Positions 15,910 to 29,800 of a DNA stretch of 64,000 nucleotides are shown in pieces. Numbering within the stretch: position 1 is the stretch's first letter; the number at the start of each line of letters is the position of its first letter. The notes under the pieces were generated by a model. That model saw only the letters and a program-made list of their open reading frames with translations, was not told the DNA's origin and searched no databases. The DNA comes from the human T2T-CHM13v2.0 reference genome, Homo sapiens. Made by a program: the position numbers and the translations under genes. The DNA is taken from NCBI RefSeq assembly GCF_009914755.1, contig NC_060938.1. One strand, written 5' to 3'.

Positions 15910-16055
15910 TTTAGAAACACAAAGGATGTCAAAGCTATCTTACTGAAAGCCTTGCTTTTTTTTCTGTGAGGAATCAGTGGTCACAAAGTTTAAACAGCTT
16001 GCCCAGGGTCACACAACCAAAAAATGGGCAAGAGGGACCTAGAGTCCACATTTCT
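15910..16055 (-). mobile_element. MIR fragment
   Basis: CTTGCCCAGGGTCACACAACC core. Confidence 0.55.
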
Positions 16056-16288
16056 GCTGCATTGTTAAGTCCCTGCTAATGTGTCTGACTTCTCATGTTA
16101 TGGCCAGCTATGTTTACTGGAAATTTTACTGTAAAAAGAACTTAAGAAGAGCAAGAAATTCAACTTACGTGGAACCTTACTCTAGTTCCAGAAGAAGATA
16201 ATAATTGTCTTGGGGAATAATCTATGATTTTGTTTATTGGCTTTCATTAAGTTCCTACTAGAGTTTTTGTACTTTAGAACTTCACTAA

Positions 16289-16564
<276 letters not shown>

Positions 16565-17214
16565 AGAACCTCACTAACTTCTCAGTGAACATGAATTGAA
16601 GAATTCAGACCATAGGCTTTCTAAATGTGTCAGAATAAGTGTGAAAATTAAAGGATCCAGGTATAAGGTGCAAAACAGGTTATGCTATTGACAATTACAT
16701 GGTCAGAGCATCATGTTCCAGCTTGCAAATCAGTGTTTCAGTGTGCCATAAGATAGCAGGAAATAAAAATGTGATTCTATGATCTGGCATCCATCTGGAA
16801 GTTTTATCTGATAAAAAAATTAATTTCTGAGAGAATAATTAATATCCATTCTTTTCCACAAAGCTTGCTGTGCTAGCCAAGGTCTTCCCCATATATAAAT
16901 ACCTGAAATATCATGACTGAAATACAAAGACAATAAAATATAATAATATGATTGTTATGGGTAGCCAAATTTAAGTGTTTTGATTGAAACAAATTTAGGC
17001 ACGTAGGGTAAATTATTTGGATAACCATTTTGCCAAGTGATAGAAATAAAAATTAATGGCCAAAGAGTAAATACTTCTGTTAAAAATGAAAATGAATCCT
17101 GAAATTTTAAAAATCCTGTATTTAAAGACAAATGGATTTCCTCATCCTAGGTATGAAGAGCAGAAAGGATGTGTTATTATGAACTCTCTAGATATTAGAT
17201 ATGAAGAAATGAAA

Positions 17215-17350
17215 ATCTATTCAATACATATTGAGCAATTACTGTGTTCAAGACACTCTTCAAGGCAGTGGGCAGGTTTTTACCAGACGAGGAAACAGAC
17301 AAAATCCCTGTTCTCAGGCAGGTTAACATTCTGCTGGTGGAAGACAGTAC
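17215..17350 (-). mobile_element. L2 3'-end fragment
   Basis: ATTCAATACATATTGAGCAATTACTGTGTTCAAGACACT...AAAATCCCTGTTCTCAGG. Confidence 0.65.
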
Positions 17351-17864
17351 ACACAAATGAAGAAATGCCTTGTATGATGTTCCTATTCTGTTGTTGTTGC
17401 TATTGTTGTTGTTGTTCTCCAAGTTTCAAGTTTCCACTTCTAAACCAAAGAGTTTGAGTCAAGTAAACAGTAAAAAAAGAAAATAATTCAACCTTTCTTT
17501 TTATATTTTACATCTTTTTCTCCAACAAGTTACCCAGTAATCATCTATAAAATTTTGATTCCATCTCTCTAAATATGAGTGCCTATTTAGGGATATGTTT
17601 TTCATTTGAACGGATCTATTTTACAATTACGTAAACTAACATGCATTGATAATCCATGAGCATGGCAGATCATGTTCCAGGCACTTCTGTAGGTAATAGG
17701 AATATACACCTCAAAAACTGTTGTGGAGTAAAGACAAATAATCAAAGAAAAATCATCTTTACTTCCTGAAAGCATCAACATACCTGTCCTGGGAAAACAG
17801 TAATAATGATAATTCCTAACTAATTTTAACAACTTCATTATTAATAACATATGCATTATGACCA

Positions 17865-18030
17865 ATTCTTACAAAAACTTTACATGATATGCTATTTTTC
17901 CTATTTCATAGATGAGGAATTAGGTTGATTCAGGTTAAATATTTTCCAAGACTGCACAGGTGGTAAATAGCAAAATCGGGAATATTTCTTCAGCGTGCCT
18001 TATTCTAATACCTTCACTCCTTCTACCACC
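17865..18030 (-). mobile_element. MIR
   Basis: ATTTCATAGATGAGGAATTAGG...CAGGTTAAATATTTTCCAAGACTGCACAGGTGGTAAATAG. Confidence 0.7.
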
Positions 18031-19689
18031 TTCTCTACCATACCTTACTGTCTCCAAGCATTTAAGTCCTTCTTTATATCTGCTCACATTCCAAGTAAAT
18101 TGTAGAGATCGCTTTGTGTAGAGTGCTTTTATGGCACTGCCCCCACAAAATGTGAAAATGGAGACCCCAAAATGACTTGCCTCTTTGTGAAATGATGTGC
18201 CCTATTGTGTAGGAGTGTGCTTTACTCCTAAGAAACGAGATGCATGCAAATCATTTCCATGTTGTAGGCAGGCTTCTGAGCAATATGTAAATAAGCAAAA
18301 GAAAAAATATCCACATTAATAAACAGCCCCTCGGATATATGAAACCCATCTGCAACATTAGGTAAAGAGTTTGTATACTGTGTAGTCAGACGGGATGTCC
18401 ATATTGCATTCCTCAGTGTCTGTAAGGGAAAACAGAATGATGGTTCAGGTAGGGCGGTGCCATATGGCTGAATCCATGAAAATATCACAGAGTTATTTTT
18501 TTTCAGCAACTGTGATCAGTCCATGTAAGCAAGGATCAAGTCTCTGCAAATAGAATTATGACACTCCAAGTTTCATCCTGTTTCCAAGGTCTCTTTCTCA
18601 CACATCCTGCTGAGATTAACCTATAATATTTCTCTGCACGTGGATTGAGTTCTCCTAAAATAGGGGATGGCAACCAAAGGGAAATTGAAAGTAGAAGAGA
18701 CACAAGCAACAGAAATGGCCCAAAGTGAGAATCACAGATTGACAATACAACATGTGCCAGTGAGTCCATGGCTGACATTATCAAGTAAGATGACTCAGAG
18801 GAAAAAAAAAAAATCCACCAAAGGAACTGTTAACTCACACCAAACAGGAAATGACTGATTAAAGACAGAAAAGAAATGCAAAGCCAGGATCCAACTCCAG
18901 TCTGATATCTTTAGCTGTGCCCTGGTATGACCGAACAGTAACATGAAAAAGCACCTACACTTGCCTGATAGCTACTGCCACTCTCTTGGAGAAGTGGGAT
19001 GATAGCAAGAAAATAACGGGCCTGCTGTCATTTATCTTTCTCTACAGTTTTTAAAAATTCCTTTCCTAATTTGATATTTAGGGTTCAGTTTTGTTATGAT
19101 AACTAAAAAAATAAGAATTGAGGATGACAAGATACCAATAGAATTCATCAAATTTAGCTGTGAAGTTTTTCGGGGCTTCTGTTCACCTCGCCCTCGCTTA
19201 TAATTCTCAAATTCTAGATGAAAGAGACTGCTTTTTTGCTGCCATTAGCATCTGCTTTGGGAAAAATGACTTTAAAGGCTTTAATAATATTTTTGCTAAT
19301 TATATCACACAACCCAAGAAACTCAAATCAATTTTGGCTAGGTCCACATGCAAATTTCAACTTTGTCCCACAAGTGAATTTTACTTCTATTCAAAACATT
19401 AAGCATATTCACACTTAACAGCAGCACACAACTCCAGGTGTAAACTTTAAAATGTATTTTAATCAATATTCTTTTTGGAACCTCAAGCTAAGTCACCGCC
19501 TGCCGACTAAGACACAAAGAGAGAATGAATAGAGCTACAAACTCTGACGACCTCAGCCAGGGACAGCAAGCGGTTATGTACCAAAGTTCTCTTCAGAAGG
19601 CTTTCTTCAGAACAGTCCACTAAATTTCTCTCCCGATTCCCTCTGCTTTGCCTGTCATTCAAAACGCAAGCTTCACTAGCTTTTTATTC

Positions 19690-20600
19690 TCTACTGTGCT
19701 TTCACTTTCTTCATGCTTCGCTCTTCCTGCTCTCTGAATCATCTGCCAAATGAACTACCTCTATCTCCTTACCTGAAATCTGGCTCTCCCCTAAGAATAG
19801 CTCTTCTCATCCTTGTCTATGTCTTCTAGCTCTGCAGTTGGGGAAGAGAGATAGAGAGAATGATTAGTATTCCATTGTCCTGGTTTTCCTTTTCAGACCA
19901 TTACCTTCTTAACTCCTCTCAAATCTGTTTTCCTTTCAGGCTTTTGCCCTCTGATATATGTTAACCCTCCTTGCTGTTGTAATGCTCATTATCTTAATTT
20001 CATTCTATTTAACTCCCAGCGGTTTCCCTCCATGTCTTTAGAACCTGGAAATGTGTCTTCCTCTTCACCCCAAGTTCAACCTTCATCCTAACCAGCTTCA
20101 ATTTCCAAGCAAATCCCCAGCCTCACAGTGATTTGACTTTCTAAATTTATTGGTTTTGACTCCTTTACTTTAATCCTCCCCTACAAGGTTTTTCATCTCC
20201 TGAAAACTTTCAACCTTTAAACTATGAAAACCCATTATCCCCTTATCTGACCACAGCCTGCCGTGTATCTGTCCAGCTCATTCATTGTTTTATTCCCACT
20301 ATGTTTAGACATCCTCAACCTCCCCGTCCTACCTCCCCTGGATGTTCTGCAAGTCTTCAACCCTTTGCTATTATCACTGGGCAGTGATGGAGAAAATGTA
20401 ACATATTTGCCCATGTTTGCCTACTAGAAATTTATAGTCTGGAGTTTATCAACACTGCCTGACACTTCTTCCCATAGTTAGCTTCTTCTCTTCAGCTGCT
20501 TCTTCAAAGCTTGACTACTCTCCTCATTCTCTTCAGAATTACCTAGTGACATTACCTCTTTCCTCAGGAAGATCAGGCAAAACGGTCTATGAAGAAGAAA
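19690..20600 (+). mobile_element. L2 internal fragment
   Basis: Pyrimidine-rich; CTGAAATCTGGCTCTCCCC and CTGACCACAGCC motifs of the L2 ORF2 5' part. Confidence 0.5.
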
Positions 20601-20669
20601 TTGTTGGACTTCCTACTTTCCCTACAGTTGCTTGTTCCCTTTGATTGTTGCATAGAGATCCAAAGTTTC

Positions 20670-21235
20670 CATGTGTCCAGTGGGACGGGAAGATTTGCTG
20701 AGAGATAGAGCCAGCGGTCAGTTGAGGAATCCTAGGGCTGGGATGATGGGACACAGAGTTGGTTACTGTTCCAACCAGAAACCTGAGAACAACAAAGCTG
20801 CATCTCAGAAAAATCAGCTGGGCCAAACATCTAAGCAGCGTTCCATTCAAACTTCAGACATGTCATCACTGAAGAAACACTGTGTGCCATTAGTGCCAAA
20901 GGAGAGTCTTGATAAATCACATCTGGGGAAATTGCCAGTGCAGAACCAACTCAGAGCCAGATCAGACCCTGGTGACAGTTGCATAAGCACCCTGGAACTA
21001 AGAACTGGCCCCAGATAAGATACAGTAAGAGAGGCCCAGAACAGAAAATTTAAACCTCCACATGGTGGCATTTTTAAATAGCATTAACTAAGTTTAAAGT
21101 TACTTTATTGGACTGATTTAACCTAAAATTGACTATTAGATAAGATTTTCTGTTGTCAATTGGAAATGGGGGTTTACAATAGAGGTGCCGTTGTTGAATT
21201 ATGAGAAAATAAAGTTATAACTTGTATGCATAAAT
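20670..21235 (+). mobile_element. Possible ancient LTR (unclassified)
   Basis: More GC-rich than flanks, ending in GAAAATAAAGTTATAACTTGTATGCA; family not securely recognised. Confidence 0.3.
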
Positions 21236-21289
21236 ATATGTCATGTTAATTAAAAAACTTATAGAACTACCTGTGTCCAAATGTGTAAC

Positions 21290-21560
21290 ACATATATCAT
21301 TTAGCAAACAAATCTCACTTCTAAAAATATTTCCTGAGAAAAAGATAATCAACTATACAAAAAGAGATGTGTGTGTTAGGTTGTTCTTCACAGCATCATT
21401 TATAATAAGAAAAACATGAGGAAAAACAAGATATCTATGAAAGATGAGTTATTTATTGGACCATAATTCATATATGCAACAATATGCAAAGCAGTAATTA
21501 AAAATAATGATGTAGATCTATATATTTAAGTCCATAGAAAGATGTCACCACATAACACTG
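21290..21560 (+). mobile_element. L1ME-type 3' fragment
   Basis: CAAATCTCACTTCTAAAAATATTTCCTGAG...TTCTTCACAGCATCATTTATAATAAG. Confidence 0.6.
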
Positions 21561-21974
21561 GTGGAAAACGGGGGTGAAATTACGATTCCTTCTCATGTAT
21601 GAAGCAGTCCACAATATCCAATTGGTCCCAATCTAGGATTAATTCTTTGTTGTGGCCAAGATATATTTATCAGCATCCTTCCTAACAGTGTCACTGTGAC
21701 CTTATCAGATAATCCCGCATTTCTTCACATTTACCAGCAGCAAGAATTCATCCTGCCAGAAATAGAGCAAGGGATGAAAAAACCACTTGGTCTGAAAGGA
21801 CATTTTTCAACACCTAAGACGGCCCTACCTATAGTCACACAATCCAAGATCATGATTCTCACAGTCCATCCTTGACCGGTGATATCCCTGTGGGTTTTTT
21901 GGGGGTTGTTTTTTTTTTTTGACATGTTTCCTTTCCATTTTAAATACTCCACTTGGATGGTCTTACTCACAATA

Positions 21975-22420
21975 TGTTTTAAGTAGACATACCCAGAAAT
22001 AGACCCGAGATGAGAATTTGCGTTCCAGTGATTCATTAGAGAAGTTCTCCCCAAGGAGACTAGTAAGCGAATGCAGAAGCAGGACAAGCAATGGGAAAAA
22101 ATTAAGCAAAGGTACAATTTTGGGTAAAGTCCTGGAGGGCAAATTACAACTCACACTTTGCCCCTGACAAGAGGCAAGAGAGCTGATCTCATACTCCTGT
22201 ACTGGTTGGTCCTTGTCTAACGTCTGCTTCTAGGATTGGAATAACCAGATGCTTTCAGCTCTCTGAACCTGCAGATGAAGCAGCCACCATACCCAAGGGC
22301 AACCCCCCACACCAGTAGATACAAAACTATGAGGGAGTGGGGTGGAGGAGCTGGATAGAAAGCAAAGGGCAAAAGGGATCCCAAGGGATTTGTGTTAAAA
22401 ATATCAATGCCCTCTATAAT
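21975..22420 (-). mobile_element. LTR16-like (ERVL) solo LTR
   Basis: CCCAGAAATAGACCCGAGATGAGAATTTGCGTTCCAGTGATTCATT...AGCAAAGGGCAAAAGGGATCCC. Confidence 0.55.
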
Positions 22421-23280
22421 CCCCACAACTTCAACCAGCATGACAAATTCCAAACTTGTATCATTACCACAGACCTTGCCCTTGAACTCCAGACTCACAC
22501 ACCTAAATGCCTTTTGGACTTCCTCATCTACAGGCTCCCCAAACACACCCTGTCCAAAACTGAGCTCTCTTCCCTATCCTCGTGTACTTTTCTCAATGAA
22601 TGTCCCCTTTGTACCCGCTATGGCCAATCCAGAAAACTCAATTCACCTTGCCAGACACCTAATCTTTTAATTCACCAAGTCCTTTTAATTTTGCCTATTT
22701 AATATGCCTTTATTCTATCCCTGACTCTTATACCTCAGTTCTGGAGTCATACCTCTTCACTGTCTCTTTGTCACAGTTTGTGCACCCCCATATTCATCTT
22801 CTATCATGCTACTCTAGATTAGCCCTCTCAAATTTACATTTTATCATAGCACTGCCCTGCTTAAAACTTTTCAATGGCTTCTCATTTTGCAGGTTACAAA
22901 ACTAAGTACTTGGCATTTCGGTTTACATCATCCTGTCCTAACTCCCATCTACTTTTCTAATACAATCTTCTACCTTTAAAATTCTAAATTCAAAACACCA
23001 TTAACTATTGGCAGCTCCGAAAGTTGTCTTGTTCACTTATGCTTGAGGCGATCCATGAGCACTTTGTTCCCACATTAGCTCTTCTGAAAGATTTCCTTGG
23101 CATTCCTTTCCGCTTAGGCTGATTAAATTCCTTTTTTAATCCCTGTAGTAGCCTGTGCACACCCTCATGGTACTATCTATTTACGTACAGATTATATCCA
23201 ATTAGATCTTGAGGGAAACAAAATATCTTGTTCATCCTCTGCCTACCTAATATATTGCCTGATGCTATTTTCTAACTCTC
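22420..23280 (+). mobile_element. L2 (RT C-terminus to 3' end)
   Basis: Peptide DLALELQTHTPKCLLD...LSKTEL resembles L2 RT DLSPELQTRISNCLLD...MSKTEL; CTGCTTAAAACTTTTCAATGGCTTC. Confidence 0.75.
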
Positions 23281-23309
23281 ATCATTGTGTCCTAATTCTG
23301 GCTCCTTAT

Positions 23310-23570
23310 GCATGATCAGGCAGTATATTGCTATATTAGATACCAGTAGTACAAAGATAATAAGGCTGGTGCTGCTCTGCTTACAGTCTAATAGGGAGGA
23401 TTTTCAGCTATGATATAATTCTAACACTGAACCAGGAGTACACACTAAGTGCCATGAGTTCCAAAAAGGGACATTTAGGCTAATTTACGGGTTTAGGGAA
23501 AGCTTGCTTTAGAAAATGACATCTAAGCAGAATTTCAAAGGACAGATAAAGGTTATCCAGGCAAAGAAAT
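23310..23570 (-). mobile_element. L2 fragment
   Basis: TTTAGGGAAAGCTTGCTTTAGAAAATGACATCTAAGCAGAATTTCAAAGGA. Confidence 0.55.
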
Positions 23571-24789
23571 GTGATTCCTCCAGATGTTTCCATTTCTACT
23601 TTAAGTCAGCATTATTATCAATCAACTGTGTCTTGTCCTTAAATGTCACCAAAGAAACAACCAGCAAAGTTGGGACAGGGACAGTAAAATAATAAAATAA
23701 TAGACCTGACTCACCAGATGTCAAGGTGATTTTGTCACTTCAGTTGCATTGTTTCTAGGTCTCAGTGAAGTTAAGCAACAGCAAGCAGGCTTAAGAATAT
23801 ATTTAATAGGCTCTTCTTAATATAAACATCTTCGGGAATGAACCTTATTCCCATCCATCCTAGATTTTTCTGGGATTAAGTGGATAGAAAGCAAACTTTA
23901 TATAAGTGATTTTCCATTGCCTTTTGAAAGGCATCACCAGAGTTCAAAATGTTTGCAAGGTTTTTTAAAACATTATTGCAATGGGGTAAATTTTTATTAT
24001 TATATATGGAAGCTAATCATTTCAGAGTAAACAACAGATGTTTGCACCCTTATTACTGTTTGGTACTGACATCAGTATTAAATGATAATATGAAAACATG
24101 TCACAGACGTGAATGATTAATTCAAATGTCAAGAATGGTGGAAAAGAAATGTTTAAAATAGAAAATTTCGGGGTCTTGCATGAGAATTAAACTATGAGCA
24201 CCTTCTTCGGGCAATGTGCAATACTACTTTTCCACAGCATAACAATAATCTGGAAAATTCCCAGGCACATTTTTCTCCAAAAGTTGTTACTGAAGTATAG
24301 ATGTCTAAGATATTCATTTAATTGAATAAGTAATGGCACCTGGCAAAGAATCCAGTTGTATCAAAAATAGTAAACTTATTAGATATTATGAATATAGTTA
24401 GATAAATAGATGGACAGATAGATGTTTTTATGCTATGTACCATATTTTCTGGACATTATTTGAGATGTTTCTAGAAACTGAAATTTCCATATTTAGGTAT
24501 TAATCAATTTACCTTACAGTTACAAATGATATTGTTAATTTAAATTATCATCATCATTCAATGCTTTCAGAGACAGAACCTGATTATGGTAAGATATATG
24601 CGTATTGAAATGGGTTAGTTTTCACCAGGAAAGGTTACAACTAGTTTTTTTGTTTGTGTAATTACAAAACATTTGGTGTTTTTCACTAAATTAAATGTTC
24701 TATGTCTTTTCCCCATCACCAGCTAAAAACCATTAAGATAGATGAAATGGGGCAGCTTTACCACTAGAGCAGGAATTCTGTCCCCTCTG

Positions 24790-24925
24790 ACTGGAACACA
24801 GGCTCTGTGAAAGTAGACATCTTGTCTTTCTCATTGATGTATCAGTGACTATGCTGAGGCTCACATAGGAAGATATATCATATACGTTTCTTGAACGAAT
24901 TAGTGAATGAATAAATGAACGAATT
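24790..24925 (+). mobile_element. L2 3' end
   Basis: Ends in TTGAACGAATTAGTGAATGAATAAATGAA, the (ATGA)n-type L2 tail. Confidence 0.6.
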
Positions 24926-25120
24926 ACACTAATTAAATTCAGAAGTTTTAGATTTTCTTTAAAACAATATCATCTTGAGTACAGTTTTAAAATTGTCAAG
25001 AGATCAGAAGTAAGTTATATTTCATAAATGTTATGATTGCCTATAATAAAATTTGAAAAGAAGAATGGTGTTCATAAAGGGGTCTAAAAAGTAAGATGAG
25101 CTCACATTCGCTTTTGTTCT

Positions 25121-25224
25121 CCGGCCAATATTCTGTATTTCTAACAGCTGTCCATGATTCTGGTGTTGCTAGCCCAGGGACCATGCTCTGAGTAGCAATA
25201 ACAGGTTCTCTATGTGTGAAAAAC
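25121..25224 (+). repeat. 104-bp direct duplicate of 26818-26921
   Basis: Ungapped alignment with 4 mismatches in 104 nt. Confidence 0.95.
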
Positions 25225-25639
25225 TGGCATTGGTTACAGCCTCCTGCTGACCACGAAAGAAAGCCAGGTAGGCAGCTGACTCCATCTTCTCTTCCACCAC
25301 CATTCATTGTTGAGCCAGAGTTCTTTAAAGTAGCTATGTGAAGCCAGAATTATTTATTTCCTAAGACAATAGGGAATACGAGATGACTTAACTTTTCAGT
25401 GTAGAGAAATTGTTGCTGCTTGATGGAACAGTGTGACTCTTACCTAGAAAAATGAGGCCAACATCTAAGATGGCTTCTCCTGCGTGTGCCAGTTAATTTC
25501 CGTTTTTTTTTTTTCTACAGATTTTGGACTCTACCCTTAACCTAAAAATACATGCCCTTAGGCCATTAACGAAACCGCATGAAAGAAAGTGACTGAATAA
25601 TTCCACTTCTATGTCTAACACACTTGTGAATAACATGGT

Positions 25640-25820
25640 CCCTAGAAAGAGCACAGGTTTGAATCTCAGTCTGAACTCTTACAAGCTGTGTGACCTTGGG
25701 TAATTACATAACTGTTGCACCTGTATGTCACCTATGAATAAGCGATATAGGTACAGTTCCCACTTAAAAAGATGGTTGTGAGAAGAGTTGGTGATCAGTG
25801 CACGAGACCTATTTGTGGTA
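25640..25820 (+). mobile_element. MIR
   Basis: GGTTTGAATCTCAG...CTTACAAGCTGTGTGACCTTGGGTAATTAC. Confidence 0.75.
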
Positions 25821-26009
25821 GATCAGAATAGAATATGATAATCATCACTCAACCATGAAGGGCCTCGTAGAGGGAGGGGAAAACCTTCCTCCCTCCCCAC
25901 CTCTCCCATTGGCTAGTGTAGAATCATGAGGCTGAATCTGAGACTATTAAAACTAAAATAAGGACACCTATCACTTGTAGGAAATGAGGGAAAAGAACTA
26001 AAATATATT

Positions 26010-26210
26010 ATTTCCCTACTGTATGGCATGCACTTACCATATGTCTCGTAATGTAATCTTTACAATAAATCTAAACAAATCAGTATTATTTTCCTAATTT
26101 CACACACAAGAATATGAGGCTTTGAGACGTCCAGGAACTTGCCAGGTTTGCAGTGCTGGTAAGTGGTGAAGCTGGGGCTCAAACCCAAGTCTGAGTCCAC
26201 AGTTCACATT
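26010..26210 (-). mobile_element. MIR
   Basis: TGAGGCTTTGAGACG...ACTTGCCAGG...GTAAGTGGTGAAGCTGGGGCTCAAACCCAAGTCTG. Confidence 0.75.
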
Positions 26211-26396
26211 GCGTCAGTGGTGCCCTGGAGTAGCTCAGAGTCAGGGACCTCTTTTATAGGGCCCTGCCTACCCACCCACTGTCTCAGCTACTGGACTAAG
26301 ACACTCCTGGCAACGATGTGAACAGAACAAATCCCCATCACCTCTCTACGGCACAGCTCCAAAAAAAGTTTGAGTAACAAGAGCTTCTTGAGATGA

Positions 26397-26895
<499 letters not shown>

Positions 26896-29800
26896 TAACA
26901 GGTTCTCTATGTGTGAAAAACAGAAATCAGTTTTATTCAGTGCATGTTTGTAGTGGCATGCAGTGGTTTGATCTAATGATGTGTTTTGTTTTGTTTTTTT
27001 GTTTTTGTTTTTGTTTAAGTAGCAGGGATCCACATCCTTCTCATATAAGTTTACATTTCTAAAACAACAGATTTATTTAATTGGTGCAACAGGGTCACTC
27101 ACCAGTAGGAAATGAAACGAAAGAGCTTATAAAAATATGAGTAAGATGAAAAGGTAAATTAGGATTTATTAAGATATAAATATGGGCACCTAAATACTTT
27201 AGTCCCTTCAAAAGAAAATTCATTGGTCTTATTAATATCACTCTTTCAACTACAGTATCTGACTCAGACATTCTCTTATAGAAAGCCATACTGTGGAGTG
27301 AGGAATAGGAAGTTATATGTAGGTTTTAAAAAATAAAACCTTCCTCTCTAGTCCCCAAACAGCTACATAATAAAACAGTCTAGGCTACTTGAAAAAATGT
27401 GCATGTGGAAGGGGGAAAAAAAGGCACAAAATAAATAAAATTAGAATAGGGAAAGAAAGAGAAAATAAGTACACAGAACAAATGAGATTTTCAACTCAGT
27501 AGCAAAACTAAAAGATTTATCTGACAGCTTTTAAGGGCATATTTACTCCCCACTCCTCTTGTTTCCTAAGAAGAGAAGAGAAGTATCCTCTTACTTTATT
27601 TATTTGTTGATTGATTTATTTATTCTTATTTCTTAGAAGGACAAACGTCCAAGAGGACCCATATCGCCTTCATTCTCGGGTCCCAGTGGAGGGAGAGCAA
27701 CTTCTGTACAGGTGCTTTTAGGAGGAAGACAGTTCTGCATTTTTCTCCTTCAGATCTGTCTGCCAATGGGGAGAATAAGTCTAGGTTCACTCTCCTATAG
27801 TCAAGAGGCTCCAGCCCTGCTAGGGGTGTTTGCAGGTATGGGACTTTGCCTGTGGCTATGTGGGAGGTTTGTTTATAGAGTTATGTTTTTAGTGGTTTAC
27901 CTGTTAGTCAAGTCCTATTTTCCACCATTTACCGGTAATACAGCTGACATTTTGAGTTTCATTCTGCTTCCTCTACTACATATCTTTTAATTGATCCTAA
28001 ACTTAGGAGGAAAAAAAGGGTGTTATTTATTGGCTTTCTCTAAGTCCCTGAGCACAGCCAACTGGGATGGGAAAGCTTGGTAAAGACGGATTCAATATGA
28101 TTTGGAAGAAGAGGCAGCAATTGCTGGCATATTTGGAACATGTAAAATAAATCCTGCTTTTACTATTGAATGACTCATTAGATTGGTTAATTAGTTGATT
28201 TTTTTTTTCCCCAAAAAGCTTTGTGTGCTTTTAAGAGGAATTTTCTAATCCTTTTAGCAACTTTGCTTTGGAGAATACAGAAGTGTTGTAGAAAAAAATG
28301 CTAAAATTAAAGTTTTGATTTCTGGTAGTGCAGCTGACCTATCCCATGGTCTCTGGCAAAAGCTATGTAAACAGCGAAAAGCAAAATATATTGTTGATTG
28401 TGTTAACATCCTTCTGACTCAATTTTATAATCTGCATGTATATAGACTCTTGAGATTCTTGGAAGAGAGAAGCTTAAAGAGTTCTATATATCCTATTCCA
28501 AATGCATTAGTTTTGGGACTATAAATTATAGCTATTAAATTTCTTACCACTTTTCTTTTGATAGGAAATACCCTTCCGTTGCATGTATTCTATTCATAAC
28601 ATATTCTGATATTCATCTGCTCTTCTTTCCATTAAAATTTTATTCAAATTACATGGCTACATCATTATTTACATCCTGGTATTTAAACATCTTTCCTGGT
28701 GAATATTTTCCCTTTTTATTGTTTAAACAAGGTAACAAGCAGATGAATTTAAATTCAAGCTGAAGATGACTTTTATAGACATGTTTTTATTCTACGGAAT
28801 GCCATATGCAACTCAAGCCAAATATAACCCTCAAAATGTAAAATTCGAAATATAGGTGGGGAAAATGTTTATTCTCAACTAAGATTTTTTTCACCTTTGT
28901 ACAAAGTCAAGTATCGTATTTTTGACATTTTCTGCATGGAAAATAAGAGATGAATTTCACATTTTAAATTATGATTCTCCCTTCCTATCCCAGCAGCTAC
29001 TTTCATGATCATTTCTGCAAAGCACACCAAGCTTGAAGGACAATCTTTAAAATGGCAGTTTATTTGCTGATTTCAGTTTCAGAATTAAGATAAAATTGTG
29101 AAAACAAATACCTGAAATCTGCAAGTTGAAACTTGCCCATTGACAAATAACATGCATGTCTCCATTGTCAACAATGTGTTTAAAAGAGAAAGGCTTAATG
29201 ATTTCTCATTTTAGCAACCCAGATGTTTGTTGTCAGCTCATCCTACTATTATTAATAGGAATCTAACTGATACTAATTCTTCAACAACTAGGTTAGCACT
29301 TTCTCACTGATTAACTTCTTCTCTATGGTTGCCACATTTAACTGTTTTTTATAATCCCTCCAGTTAAATTCTACATGAACTTCTCATCTGTAAGGACAAG
29401 CTGTAATGATAGCAACTTTGTTTAGAAATACATTTTACCAAGCCTAAATGCTATTGAAGTCTCATCAGCTAGCAAAGGACAAACCACACTTCATTTTTTT
29501 AGATAGCTCACATTGTTTTCCATAATGCAATGACTAGAGCTTGGGATGTTTAAATGGTACTTCACAGTGCAGACGTGGTCTAAATTTCTTCGTGATTATA
29601 CATATGCTATTCTATAGTGTGCACTAATCTCTCCTGCCTTGGATGTTTTAACAAAATGGCTGAAATTTTCAGCCATTATGGATGAGTTATTCAGCAAATC
29701 TGTTAAAGCAATTCCACTTGACAAGCCTATAGTACTACTTTAAGTGATTGAATCTCTTTGATTCCACAATGGCAAGGTCCTTATTATTCTTGCAGGAATT

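Noticed and set aside
17086-17457. 123-aa Cys-rich ORF
   Set aside because: The Cys run comes from a (TTG)n repeat and the middle overlaps an L2 fragment
20671-21018. 115-aa ORF in a GC-richer segment
   Set aside because: GTG start, no recognisable domain or splice context; probably within an old LTR
21590-21890. Possible DNA-transposon remnant ending GGTGATATCCCTG
   Set aside because: No matching second terminal repeat or family could be identified by eye
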